The notes under the pieces: model-generated | Databases searched by the model: none | What the model was told of the DNA's origin: nothing | What the model saw: only the letters and a program-made list of their open reading frames with translations | Made by a program: the position numbers and the translations under genes | Assembly: GCA_947649935.1 (NCBI GenBank) | Contig: CANSTR010000001.1 | Span: 6,280-70,279, forward strand | Direction: 5' to 3' | Length of the DNA: 64,000 nt | DNA from: an uncultured Clostridia bacterium | GTDB lineage: Bacteria; Bacillota; Clostridia; TANB77; CAG-508 | Part shown: piece by piece, positions 46,701-54,570 of the stretch | Layout: each line of letters opens with the position of its first letter | Position numbering within the stretch: the stretch's first letter is position 1

Positions 46701-48728
46701 TTGAATGCTAAACAACTCCACAAATTTACTTTGTTTTGCCAAATCCAATTCCAGCCCAATTCTCGGTTGCATAATACCATAACCAGAAACAACGCGATTA
46801 TTTTCAATCACTGGAATATTCAAAACGTGGTTCATCGCACCAATCAACTTTTGCGCCGTCTCCAAACTCAAATTCGTATCGCTATCCAGTGTAATAATAT
46901 ATTTAATTTCTGGCAACAAATCTTTCTGATTTTCAATCGTATTTACCAAAAATTGATTTTTCATTTTGCCTTTGATATATTTGTTGAACGTCACCAAAAG
47001 TCCCCTTTTTCGCTCCCAACCAATATACGATTTTTCGCAAGCATTCCATTCTCTTTTTCGGTACAAAAAATGAAATTTCGCAAATCCGAAATTACTATAT
47101 TTTTGGTTTAATTGCTCTGCATATTTTTGCCCATAACGAATGATTTTTTCATCAAAATCCATGGTTTGCGTTTTCTCTTCGCTACAATCGCCAAGCAAGG
47201 CAAAATACAAATTTTCCGACTTGTTTGCCAAATAATAAACTTCCAATTTGTCAAACATTTCTTTGACTTTTGCCTCTGATTTCAAAATCGTTGGCATCAC
47301 AACAAAGGTCGAAAGTTCTGCCGGAATTCCTTCTTCGTACGAAATTTTCGGAATTCTCGTTGGCTTTTTCAATTTACCCATCACGTAATTGCTAATACGC
47401 AAAAAGATTTCAGAAATTGGAATATACAAAATAATCCACAGCAAAATACTCCAATATCCCAAACCATATTGCAGATAAATTTGGCAACAAATCAAAAAAT
47501 CCAAATACATGGGAATCACAATATTGCTCCCCAAATACAGACGACTACTTACCTTTTTGCTCACTGGTTTGTTATGTTTGATTTCCAAAATTTCGTTCAA
47601 CTCTTGGGTTCCGTCATCAATCAAGTAATAACCCACATGCGCCTTTTTCTGCTCCACAATGTTGCTATAATTTTCGTATCTTTTGCATAACTCTATCAAT
47701 TTTTCGCAAATATAAATTTCCGAAATTTTGCTTTTTTTGGAAATTTCCTCAATTTTTCCCCTATAATACGACTTGCTATCTTGGTCCATGTCTGGATAAA
47801 CGCCAGCTGGATCCATTCTCAAAATTTCCTCAGAAACATTGATATATCCAAACAATTCCGAAAAATCAATGCGATTAATCGTCTTAATGCTAATAATGCA
47901 ATTTCCCATTTTGACCTTCAAATTAGCAATATACAAATGTTCCTTTTGAATCACGTCAGAAAGCGTCACGCCCAACTTTTGCACTTCTTTCTCTAACACA
48001 TTTTGATACTCAATCGCCTTTTTTCCGTACACTTTCAATTTATACGACATATATTCAATAAACGGATATTTCAGCTCACTTTCGCTAAAAACGCGCACAT
48101 TTGAAATGGTTTTAAACTTTCGCTCATTCCCACTTTTTCCGTCAATCACTCGCTCAATAATGCTTTCCACTTTGTACTTTTGCATTTGAGCAGAATAAAT
48201 TTTTTCGCAAATTTCGCGAATATGCGAAATCATCGAAATCTTGAAAAATGTACCAATATTGCAGATTTCGTCCATGCTCAAAAATTTCTTTTTTTGGTAT
48301 GCCTTTAAAGCCAAATCAATCGAATCACGGTCGATTTTGCAATCTGTGTACGCCACAATTTCTTCTGCCAAAACATAACTTCTCGCAAAACCTTCAAAAC
48401 GCCCGCCAGACAAACCAATCATGGATTTATATTTTTTCAATGGCATTTCCTTCTCAATGGATTTCACCGTTTCTTCAATAATATAGAAGTTATCCAAAAG
48501 CCATTCACCTGCTGAATGAACTTTGATACCAAGCTTGATATGTCTATCCAACAATTTATACGTTTCCAAAATAAACTTATAATTCTCCTTCATCAATAGC
48601 ACTGGATACGTATCGCTATTTGACGAACTTTTCACATTATGCTCAGCTGCAATTTTCTCAATATATTCACTTAACTGATTTTTCTCCAGCAACGTCCCTC
48701 GAATGCTTATACTTCTATACTTTTTCAT
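40713..48728 (-). CDS. Cyclic beta-1,2-glucan synthase-like giant protein (N-terminal domain, TM, GT-A glycosyltransferase, TM cluster, C-terminal GH94 glucan phosphorylase-like domain)
   Basis: 2671 aa. GT region with a D-x-D-like site (ITLDSDTNL) and QxxRW-like motif (RNHRWVRGDWQ). GH94 signatures (GGAFGFRDQLQD, GDWNDG) and multiple TM segments between domains. Architecture matches Cgs/NdvB/ChvB. Confidence 0.7.
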   Translation of the reverse strand: MKKYRSISIRGTLLEKNQLSEYIEKIAAEHNVKSSSNSDTYPVLLMKENYKFILETYKLLDRHIKLGIKVHSAGEWLLDNFYIIEETVKSIEKEMPLKKYKSMIGLSGGRFEGFARSYVLAEEIVAYTDCKIDRDSIDLALKAYQKKKFLSMDEICNIGTFFKISMISHIREICEKIYSAQMQKYKVESIIERVIDGKSGNERKFKTISNVRVFSESELKYPFIEYMSYKLKVYGKKAIEYQNVLEKEVQKLGVTLSDVIQKEHLYIANLKVKMGNCIISIKTINRIDFSELFGYINVSEEILRMDPAGVYPDMDQDSKSYYRGKIEEISKKSKISEIYICEKLIELCKRYENYSNIVEQKKAHVGYYLIDDGTQELNEILEIKHNKPVSKKVSSRLYLGSNIVIPMYLDFLICCQIYLQYGLGYWSILLWIILYIPISEIFLRISNYVMGKLKKPTRIPKISYEEGIPAELSTFVVMPTILKSEAKVKEMFDKLEVYYLANKSENLYFALLGDCSEEKTQTMDFDEKIIRYGQKYAEQLNQKYSNFGFAKFHFLYRKREWNACEKSYIGWERKRGLLVTFNKYIKGKMKNQFLVNTIENQKDLLPEIKYIITLDSDTNLSLETAQKLIGAMNHVLNIPVIENNRVVSGYGIMQPRIGLELDLAKQSKFVELFSIQGGIDFYTNAISDIYQDYFGEGIFTGKGIYDVAVYNQILDGEIEENTVLSHDLLEGNFLRCGLLTDVMLLDGYPTRYIPYILRNHRWVRGDWQIIKWLRSKRLNEISKFKIFDNLRRSLANITSFVGIIVGTFLWNGSHPLGLEIVLWSIFALLISYILDVVNYIVFKESNIEGAVYSDKKFSKDMKNSTISVLRMLLTVLFLPYEAWKNMDAICKSLYRMKNKTKLLEWVTAEDAEKNAKTDLTSYFVQMKANVFFGILVLFLGNWISTIFGILWIVAPIAAWYISLDRSPDKEISKENIAYLNEVGKQTWQFFKDHATEKNHYLMPDNYQENRKNKIVDRTSSTNIGLELLAIISAFDLGYIQAEEAIQMIYKVMETIVSLAKWNGHLYNWYNTLTLEPLIPRYVSTVDSGNFVGYLYIVKQFLLENNQEGKHDNLIQTVTDLINNTDFSKLYSPENKLMSIGFNLEDNELTDSYYDFLASEARQASFVAIAKGDVPSKVWNNLSRTLTSLKGYKGLISWTGTAFEYLMPNINLKRYEGSLLDEASKFAVLSQIEYAKKLGVPWGISESAFNLMDLNRNYQYKAFGIPWLGLKRGLEEDIVISPYSTFLSLYDATEECIHNLKRLEKEGARGKYGFYEAVDYTSSRLKKGNTHEVIRTYMAHHQGLTLLSINNAIQDNILEKRFNRNPEVQAVNVLLQEKMPVKMIITKEKKEKISKNKLPGESSYMERVIEKPDKMQKNIGVIANENYQILINDFGEGVSEYKGKMINNFKETAELKQGIFFYIRNTKTKKIMKLENCERVVFAPDKIKFMGKDANIKFEVTVTLDPDKCIEIRRVEIENLGNLDEVLEVICEFEPTLSKKTAEYAHPAFNKLFLKFEEQNENIIVERRSRDLEEFLYLATTLYTESDQIANFEYEIDGEKYQARENYGLPQMIKNQKIFSKTIAQVVSPIVAMKRTVKVKSNSKVNVNLIMAVAEEKKEAVDLIEKVKGAEEIEKILNVARIRCEEQNKYLQIKGEKLELYAKLLNYILQFNHANCKKANQQFGMNSLWKYGISGDLPILVVRVAKLEEAYVLEDIVKAFEYYRTKNIFMDLVILNNEKNVYERFVEDSIHAVIAEKQMKHLKNTSSGIFVLNEKDMPEEDVQAICFKARVVINCKNGDLSAFLKDCEEKKNQSKSEIVKPKKTKVEEEILPLREEKLLLDNGFGGFSENGKEYVIYKNTENKLPAVWSNVLANKFFGSIVTDNLGGYTWYKNSRLNRLTAWNNNVVYDFPSEIFYLKDEENGSVWTLNSSVNPNQNYYYVRHGFGYSNYQNSHDNFLQTVDVFVPNEENVKVLDFRIKNIIGEKRNLKMVVYMKPVLGEDEYFSNGNISVEKKENILLVKNVFANEDFKDKIMYVSSNEEIGTFTGDKTEFFGNGSIEEPDGLYKALSNHSGVGKDSCIGFEINLAFDKFEDKKFSILIGEENSFANIKEVTQKYEKEFDVEVKLENVKSKWNNILSTIMVKTPSESINILMNGWLVYQIIASRILARSGYYQSGGAFGFRDQLQDGLGVKYIDSSFLKDQILNCSRHQFIEGDVLHWWHIETKRGIRTRFSDDILWLVYGVLQYIETTNQQEILDEQVPYLKGELLKEDELEKYDIYYESDVKESIFEHCIRSIELVIMRGLDPFPKIGIGDWNDGFSNLGAKGQGQSIWLGFFFYDILNRFIPICEQRNRADLVEKYTKVKDELKKNLNTKGWDGRWFKRAINDEGYEIGCMASEECRIDSLAQSWSVISNAGDNDKKFISMEEAENYLVDRENKIIQLFEPAFENSSINPGYIKAYPAGIRENGGQYTHASCWFVIAEALLGFGDKAVEFAEMLNPIEHSKTKEEAKKFKLEPYVMPADVYANKDLLGRGGWNWYTGSSSWYYQAIIEYILGLKIKNGFLSMEPCIAKTWKEYEIKYKYKTSIYNITVKNKDGKNTGVEKFLLNGTEVKDKKIPLSDDGKIYQIQIFM

Positions 48729-48916
48729 AAAATTCTCCTTAATTACACTTTTGGTTATTTTTTGTAATCAGGCAAATTTTATACATAAGAATCCGTGAAA
48801 ATTTAGGTAAAGAATAAAAATACTTCTACTTTTTGTGTAAATTTTAGTATTGCAAAATAGTTAACACAATGTTATAATTTAGATAAGTTTATAAACTATC
48901 CTAGAAAAGAGAAATC

Positions 48917-50929
48917 ATGAAAACCAATAATCAATTAGTGAAATATAAGAATAATCCTATTAGAAAGCTGTTTTCTAATCTATTAGCTAAATTCAAAGGA
49001 AATTTTAGCAATTCAAATTCATGGGATAACGATATTGAAAATAAAATAAACGAAGTTTTTACCAATGAATTGACTCAAAAAGAAGCAAAAACACTATTAA
49101 AAGAATTACTATCAAGAAATCATAATTTATTAGAAACGCTAGATATTAGAATGCTAAATAAAGATATTGTTAATTTATTTGGCAAAGCAAACTTAGAACG
49201 AATTATTACAAATGAGTCATTACAAAGTGATATTTTAGAATTGTCACCAGAACAATTGCAAATTTATCATTATATATTAAACTATCATTTGGCTGATTTT
49301 AACGAGAGAATTGCAAATTTAAATATCTATCCTTGCCAAAACATAACTTTAAATGAGTTAAAAAATCTAGATGAAAAAGATAGTTTAAAAGCCATTAGTA
49401 TAATTTTAAGCAATAGTAATTTTACTTTATCTAGCTTAAGTGAATTAAATAGCTTTTATGAAAAAAGAAAACAAATGTGTAAACAAATAATAGACAATCC
49501 GAAGAACATTGAATTCGAATATAAAAAAGAATTCAGTTCAAATAACGAAATCACATATTTTCCATTTGAATTATTATATGAAATGCAAGATTTAAGTGAT
49601 TTAGATAGAACAAAGTACGCAATTATTGAAGTAAAATATGGAATGAACTTAGCAAAAGCAAAAATCTTATGTAATGCCTTCGGAAAAGATATCGATAAAA
49701 TTGAGCAATCAGAAGATACAAGAGTCATTCAAGAATTAAAATCTATATTACAAGAAAATGATATTGATACATTAAAGCAAATTGATTTGAGCGAAAATTA
49801 TGCTAATTATGAAGCAACAATTAATATTGTACCTAATTTAAGAAATGCTTATTTGCATCAATACCAAGAAACTTTATATCATCTTAATAATGAAGACTAT
49901 ATTGGTATCCAAAGTGTAAAAACAAAAGGTAAAAAAACAGCTATAAAAATTTATAACGTTTTGGGAAAAAATAATGATAGAGCAAATTTTAACATGATAG
50001 TCACTTCACTTGGTGGTATCTATTCTCACAATCATGATTATACTGATTTAAAATCAGATTGGAATAGAGCAACCGAAAATCACACAATTTCGTGCTCCTA
50101 TATAGGAAATGATTTTCTTGGTGTCGTTGATGAAAATTATCTATTAGCTTTTTCTGATATTGAAGAAAATGAATTACTAAGAGCTAGCAATCAAGATCTT
50201 GCAGGAACAGATGCTTCTTGTAATATAGAAGACAATCTTGATGTATTTTTAACACCTCAAAATGAAATTGCTTCCTCTAAACTATACAATGAATTATTAG
50301 TTGAAAGAAAAATTCAAAAAGACGGAAATTTAGTAAATAGAAAGCCAACCTTTGCCATATTTATAGCAAAAACTATTGATGACATTAAGGATGATAAAAA
50401 TGACAGATGGCAAGCAACCAAAAGAATGGCTGCCGAATTAGACATTCCTATTGCTGTAATAGATGGAACGCAATGTACAAAATTAGAATTTGAAAAGGTA
50501 CAAGAAATGATTAAACTTGTGAAAGAACAAAAAAGAATGGATTTAATTCCAGAAATTATTCATAAAATTGAAAATAATCGCGCTGCTCAATTTGGTATAT
50601 TAAAAAATGTCAGAAACGAAATCTTCTCCAATGAAAAAATAAAGCAATGTTTAGAAGAAATAATAGGAACCATCATAACATCTGATACAAATACCTTTAA
50701 TCAAGGAATTGAAGAATTTGCAAAAGTAACTAAAACAATAAAAGGATTTTATCAAAAAAATGAACAGTATACTGAAAAGTGTAAGACATATGATTATGAT
50801 GCCTATTTAGAACGACAAAAAGTATTATTTAGTTCTAGAAATGGATTAAATGGAGAGCAAGAAGTAAACAAAAAGGAAATATCAAATCAATTAGAATATG
50901 ATAGCAAGAGCATGTTTCAACAAGAATAA
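48917..50929 (+). CDS. Hypothetical cytoplasmic protein (670 aa), divergent from the glucan synthase gene
   Basis: ORF with no TM or signal peptide and no recognised motifs. Helical, K/E/N-rich. Confidence 0.4.
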   Translation: MKTNNQLVKYKNNPIRKLFSNLLAKFKGNFSNSNSWDNDIENKINEVFTNELTQKEAKTLLKELLSRNHNLLETLDIRMLNKDIVNLFGKANLERIITNESLQSDILELSPEQLQIYHYILNYHLADFNERIANLNIYPCQNITLNELKNLDEKDSLKAISIILSNSNFTLSSLSELNSFYEKRKQMCKQIIDNPKNIEFEYKKEFSSNNEITYFPFELLYEMQDLSDLDRTKYAIIEVKYGMNLAKAKILCNAFGKDIDKIEQSEDTRVIQELKSILQENDIDTLKQIDLSENYANYEATINIVPNLRNAYLHQYQETLYHLNNEDYIGIQSVKTKGKKTAIKIYNVLGKNNDRANFNMIVTSLGGIYSHNHDYTDLKSDWNRATENHTISCSYIGNDFLGVVDENYLLAFSDIEENELLRASNQDLAGTDASCNIEDNLDVFLTPQNEIASSKLYNELLVERKIQKDGNLVNRKPTFAIFIAKTIDDIKDDKNDRWQATKRMAAELDIPIAVIDGTQCTKLEFEKVQEMIKLVKEQKRMDLIPEIIHKIENNRAAQFGILKNVRNEIFSNEKIKQCLEEIIGTIITSDTNTFNQGIEEFAKVTKTIKGFYQKNEQYTEKCKTYDYDAYLERQKVLFSSRNGLNGEQEVNKKEISNQLEYDSKSMFQQE

Positions 50930-50999
50930 ATTTCTTATAAAACTCTTTCAAGTATAGTATATTTTCTGCTATTTTCTCATATATTTTATAGGTGATTTT

Positions 51000-51705
51000 A
51001 TGATTATTTTCAATCGAAAAAAAATTGTTTTTATTTTATCTTGCATGATTATTTCCGTTCTCGTTTTCAATTTTACAAATCGCGAATTGCAAACTGTACC
51101 AACCTCTTCACTGCCCATTTCCAATCATGTGGTGATTTTAGACGCAGGACACCGGTTTGCCGGACGGAGGCGCTGTCGCGGAAGATGGCACTTATGAATC
51201 CAGCATCAATTTATCCATTGTAGAAAAGTTGCAAAAATTACTAGAAAGTTCTTCTTGTACCGTTATTCTGACTCGTTCTGATGAAAATGGAATTTATGAG
51301 ATGGATGCAGACACAATTCGTAAAAAGAAAATTTCTGACATGAAAAATCGAGTCGAAATTGGCAATCATTCCGATGCAGAAATTTTCGTATCGATTCATC
51401 TAAACAAAATCCCAAGCACAAAATACAGTGGTTGGCAGACTTTTTACAAGAATGAAAATGAAAACAGTTTAAAATTGGCTAACAGCATTCAAGAAAATTT
51501 GAATTACGCAATTCAAAAAGAAAATAAGCGTGTACCTGAAAAAGTTCCCAACATTTATTTGGCAAAAAATCTAGACATTCCATTTACCATCGTAGAATGC
51601 GGATTCCTATCCAATTCTGCTGAATGCAATTTGCTGAAAACAGAGAACTACCAAGAAGTGCTTGCCTGGGGGATTTACACGGGAATTATGGATTATTTCA
51701 AATAG
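51000..51705 (+). pseudogene. N-acetylmuramoyl-L-alanine amidase, CwlD-like (Amidase_3), interrupted by a frameshift at ~51150
   Basis: ORF 51000..51197 encodes a signal/TM segment plus VVILDAGH, then shifts frame. ORF 51157..51705 continues in +1 frame with PDGGAV…VILTRSDE…FVSIHLN…GWQTFY (Amidase_3). A 2-nt restoration (CAC-GGC-GGT) would give the canonical DAGHGGxDxGAV motif. Confidence 0.6.
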
Positions 51706-51780
51706 AAAAGGGGCTGTAAAAAACTGCCTATTCAGAAGATAGAGTTTTTTATAGCCTCTTTTATTTCTCTAAACTTTATA

Positions 51781-52197
51781 TTAATTAATATTATTTTTTA
51801 ATTTAGTAATTAAATTTAAAATTTTATTATACCAATGTTCTTTTTTTATAACTAAAGACTTTTTTTCTGTTAATGAATTATGAAGATTATCTATTTTTTT
51901 AAACATATCATTATAATTATAATGATTTTGTTTTTTTCTATAATTCCATTTTTCTATCTCATTTTTTTGGCTACTATTCATCCAATAATTAAAATCTATC
52001 CAACATAAAATATCGATTGCCTCTTTACTAACATTTTGCTGATTAAATATATCATCTTTGTTAATTCTAGTTTTAAATTCTGTATTTCTTTGTTCTTTTA
52101 TATGATTTAATATATCTTTAGGAATTTTCATAACAGTCATTTTATCCATATAACTTAAAATTTCATAAACTTCTTCATATGTATTTCCAGAAATCAT
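51781..52197 (-). CDS. Hypothetical protein (about 139 aa from MISGNTYEEV), gene 2 of AT-rich island
   Basis: RBS AAGGGAG before the internal ATG at 52197. The ORF-track version extends to 52275 and overlaps the upstream gene. Confidence 0.4.
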   Translation of the reverse strand: MISGNTYEEVYEILSYMDKMTVMKIPKDILNHIKEQRNTEFKTRINKDDIFNQQNVSKEAIDILCWIDFNYWMNSSQKNEIEKWNYRKKQNHYNYNDMFKKIDNLHNSLTEKKSLVIKKEHWYNKILNLITKLKNNIN

Positions 52198-52210
52198 ATT
52201 ATTTTCTCCC

Positions 52211-53041
52211 TTAACCTTGTGACTGTTCTCTATCGTTTTCGTTAGTTTTATCCAAATCAATACCATGTTCAACAACTTCAGCTATTCGGTCAATTCCAAC
52301 GGTATTTTCAAAATCTTTATTTGTAGGTCGTGCTAATTTTTCTTCTAATGAAGAAAAACCTGGTAAAGATTTAATTCCATTTACTAATATATCCCTTGCA
52401 GAGATATTTGGTATATTTTCTACGTGTAAATTTAAAGTAGAATATAAGCCATGAAACAGAACTTCATCCATAATAGTAGACTTTAATAATCGATTATCTA
52501 TCTGTCTAGTAGGATTCAATTCATTATAACATTTTAACATATCTGTTGCTATTCTTGCATTAATATTTCTAACAACTATTTCTTCAGGATATGGATTACC
52601 ATCTATATCACTAAAAATATTTTTTTCGTTCTTGCCACAATTATATTGTTCATAGGTTGTTTTAATAGCATTTATAACATCTGAACAAGATGAATACGAT
52701 GAATAATCTTTATCCGTTAATATCCAGTGCATTAAAGCTATTATAGTTTCATTTTCATATCCACTACATATTTCTTCATCTGTAACATAATCTATCGGCT
52801 GAGCATCCTCTAATTCTACGACAGATACCTTTAACGTTTCTAGTCCACGGTCATTCGTCACTTTATATAACATTTGAAATTCAGCATCTTCTTTTTGAGT
52901 TTCTATCGGTAAAGGTATTGGTTTTTTTTCTCCAAATAATATATTCTCTATAGTACTAATTCTGAACTCATCAGTTTTTAGATCATTTTTAGCATTTTGT
53001 GTTAAAAAATTTAAAGCTCTCAATTTATCTACAACACCCAT
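52211..53041 (-). CDS. Hypothetical protein (276 aa), gene 1 of AT-rich island
   Basis: Strong RBS AGGAGG. No recognised domain. Embedded in DNA much more AT-rich than its flanks. Confidence 0.45.
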   Translation of the reverse strand: MGVVDKLRALNFLTQNAKNDLKTDEFRISTIENILFGEKKPIPLPIETQKEDAEFQMLYKVTNDRGLETLKVSVVELEDAQPIDYVTDEEICSGYENETIIALMHWILTDKDYSSYSSCSDVINAIKTTYEQYNCGKNEKNIFSDIDGNPYPEEIVVRNINARIATDMLKCYNELNPTRQIDNRLLKSTIMDEVLFHGLYSTLNLHVENIPNISARDILVNGIKSLPGFSSLEEKLARPTNKDFENTVGIDRIAEVVEHGIDLDKTNENDREQSQG

Positions 53042-53350
53042 TATTTTCCTCCTATTTCTATTTACTGAACATATTAAATATTCTTTAAAACATTATATAT
53101 CATTTCATATACATTGACTGTTCTTTATGGTAATTGCTTAAATATCTTATTTATTTAATAGAAAATTGATACATATGTTATTACAAAAAATATAATATCA
53201 AATAATTGTAATTTTAGCAATAGGTTAATAGATTTTTTGACTTATATTCTAAATTTTAAAATTATCTTTTATAACAAAAACGGCTATAACCTTGTATATT
53301 AATATTGTTATCAAACTTCAACTATTTCTCTTAATCGGATGGAAGGGCTG

Positions 53351-53379
53351 TCGCAAAAAACTGGGAAAAATCTTCCCAG
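53351..53379 (-). terminator. Terminator downstream of the 3D-domain gene
   Basis: CTGGGAA-aaatc-TTCCCAG hairpin followed by a U6 tract on the minus transcript (also U-rich on plus). Confidence 0.65.
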
Positions 53380-53390
53380 TTTCTTATTTT

Positions 53391-54347
53391 TTATTTATAT
53401 ACATAACACTCTAAATTTCGACGTCCAAACAACAAACACTCTCCCAGCGAATCCATCCAAATGTCTAATCTGCTGTTGTTAATCGCTCCACCTGTATCTT
53501 GCACCACAAACCAACCTCCATTTGGCTTATTCGCAAAATAAGGAATATACATCACCGTTCCTGCTGGATATGCACTTCCCGCCGCAACCGTATGCCACGA
53601 TGAAGCCGTTGCGCCACTTGAGGTTTTCGTATTGCCTCCGCAAGATGCCGCGCAATACGCCGTCGTATTCAAAGTAACAACACTTGGCGTTTTTCCTTCT
53701 GCACTCGCTGCAACAGAACCAGAACTTCTGCTTCCACCAGCTCTCGACGTCACTTTTGTCGCAATCTGAATAATTTTATCCACTGGCTCTTTTATCACCG
53801 TTTCCGAAATAACATCTCTTTGAAGTTCTACCTCATCCTGCAATTTTACTTTATATTTGATTTCCTTCAAGCCATTTTCGCCCTCTTGCAAAACCTTATT
53901 TGTTGTATCTGTACCACTTGCAGAAACGTCCTTCGTAATCGTTTCAAAAGGAATTTCAACTTGTTCTGTCACAATTTTTTCTGTCACAGTCACATAATTT
54001 CCCAAAATTTCTTCTGTCGTAACATCCTCAATTTCTTCTGCAATGATTTTCTTCTCTGCTGTTTTTTTGCTAATCGTTATGGTTTTGGTAAAATCAATAT
54101 CTGCCTCCAAATCCGGATATACTTCCTCATCTGACTCCAAAATAATATGATTTTCTGTCAGAATATCTAACACACATGTTTTGGCTGTCATGACTGTTGT
54201 TTCGCAATCATCTGCAAAAACAACTTTCACAGAATTGACATCCGACCTTGCTGCCATTACACCAATCCCCAACATAGCAATCAATATAATACTCACGAAA
54301 GCAATTTTACGAATTATCTGAATCGATAATTTGTCATCTGTTTTCAT
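53391..54347 (-). CDS. YabE/YocH-like cell-wall protein (DUF348 - G5 - 3D domain)
   Basis: N-terminal TM, DUF348-like segment (VKVVFADDCETTVMTAKTCVLDILTENHI), G5-like segment and C-terminal 3D domain (VAAGSAYPAGTVMYIP…FVVQDTGGAINNSRLDIWMDS). Confidence 0.75.
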   Translation of the reverse strand: MKTDDKLSIQIIRKIAFVSIILIAMLGIGVMAARSDVNSVKVVFADDCETTVMTAKTCVLDILTENHIILESDEEVYPDLEADIDFTKTITISKKTAEKKIIAEEIEDVTTEEILGNYVTVTEKIVTEQVEIPFETITKDVSASGTDTTNKVLQEGENGLKEIKYKVKLQDEVELQRDVISETVIKEPVDKIIQIATKVTSRAGGSRSSGSVAASAEGKTPSVVTLNTTAYCAASCGGNTKTSSGATASSWHTVAAGSAYPAGTVMYIPYFANKPNGGWFVVQDTGGAINNSRLDIWMDSLGECLLFGRRNLECYVYK

Positions 54348-54520
54348 AAATTTGTCCCTCCTTTAAGTGACAGTTTTATTATATTATTAAATTAAAATTT
54401 TGTCAATGAAATTTTTCTATCACCCCAAACTTCCCCAAAAAGCTTTTCCACTCTTAATTTTCAAGATGTGTTTGTATATAATATGTACAAAATTTTCAAA
54501 TATGATAAAATTTTTTCCTA

Positions 54521-54556
54521 TTCTAAAAAATCATAGGACACAATCCACTGTGCCCT
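54521..54556 (-). terminator. Terminator downstream of the 713-aa gene
   Basis: ATAGGACACA…TGTGCCCTAT hairpin followed by a U-run on the minus transcript. Confidence 0.55.
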
Positions 54557-54570
54557 ATCAAAATAACTCT

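Noticed and set aside
41174-47996. Numerous 60-190-aa ORFs on both strands inside the 8-kb glucan synthase gene
   Set aside because: All lie within a continuous, motif-rich 2671-aa reading frame. They are antisense or alternative-frame artefacts.
54348-54570. Possible c-di-AMP (ydaO-type) riboswitch upstream of the 3D-domain/YabE-like gene
   Set aside because: I could not find the paired GGGGA/CCC pseudo-symmetric helices of the ydaO fold. The leader is simple AT-rich sequence plus the upstream gene's terminator.
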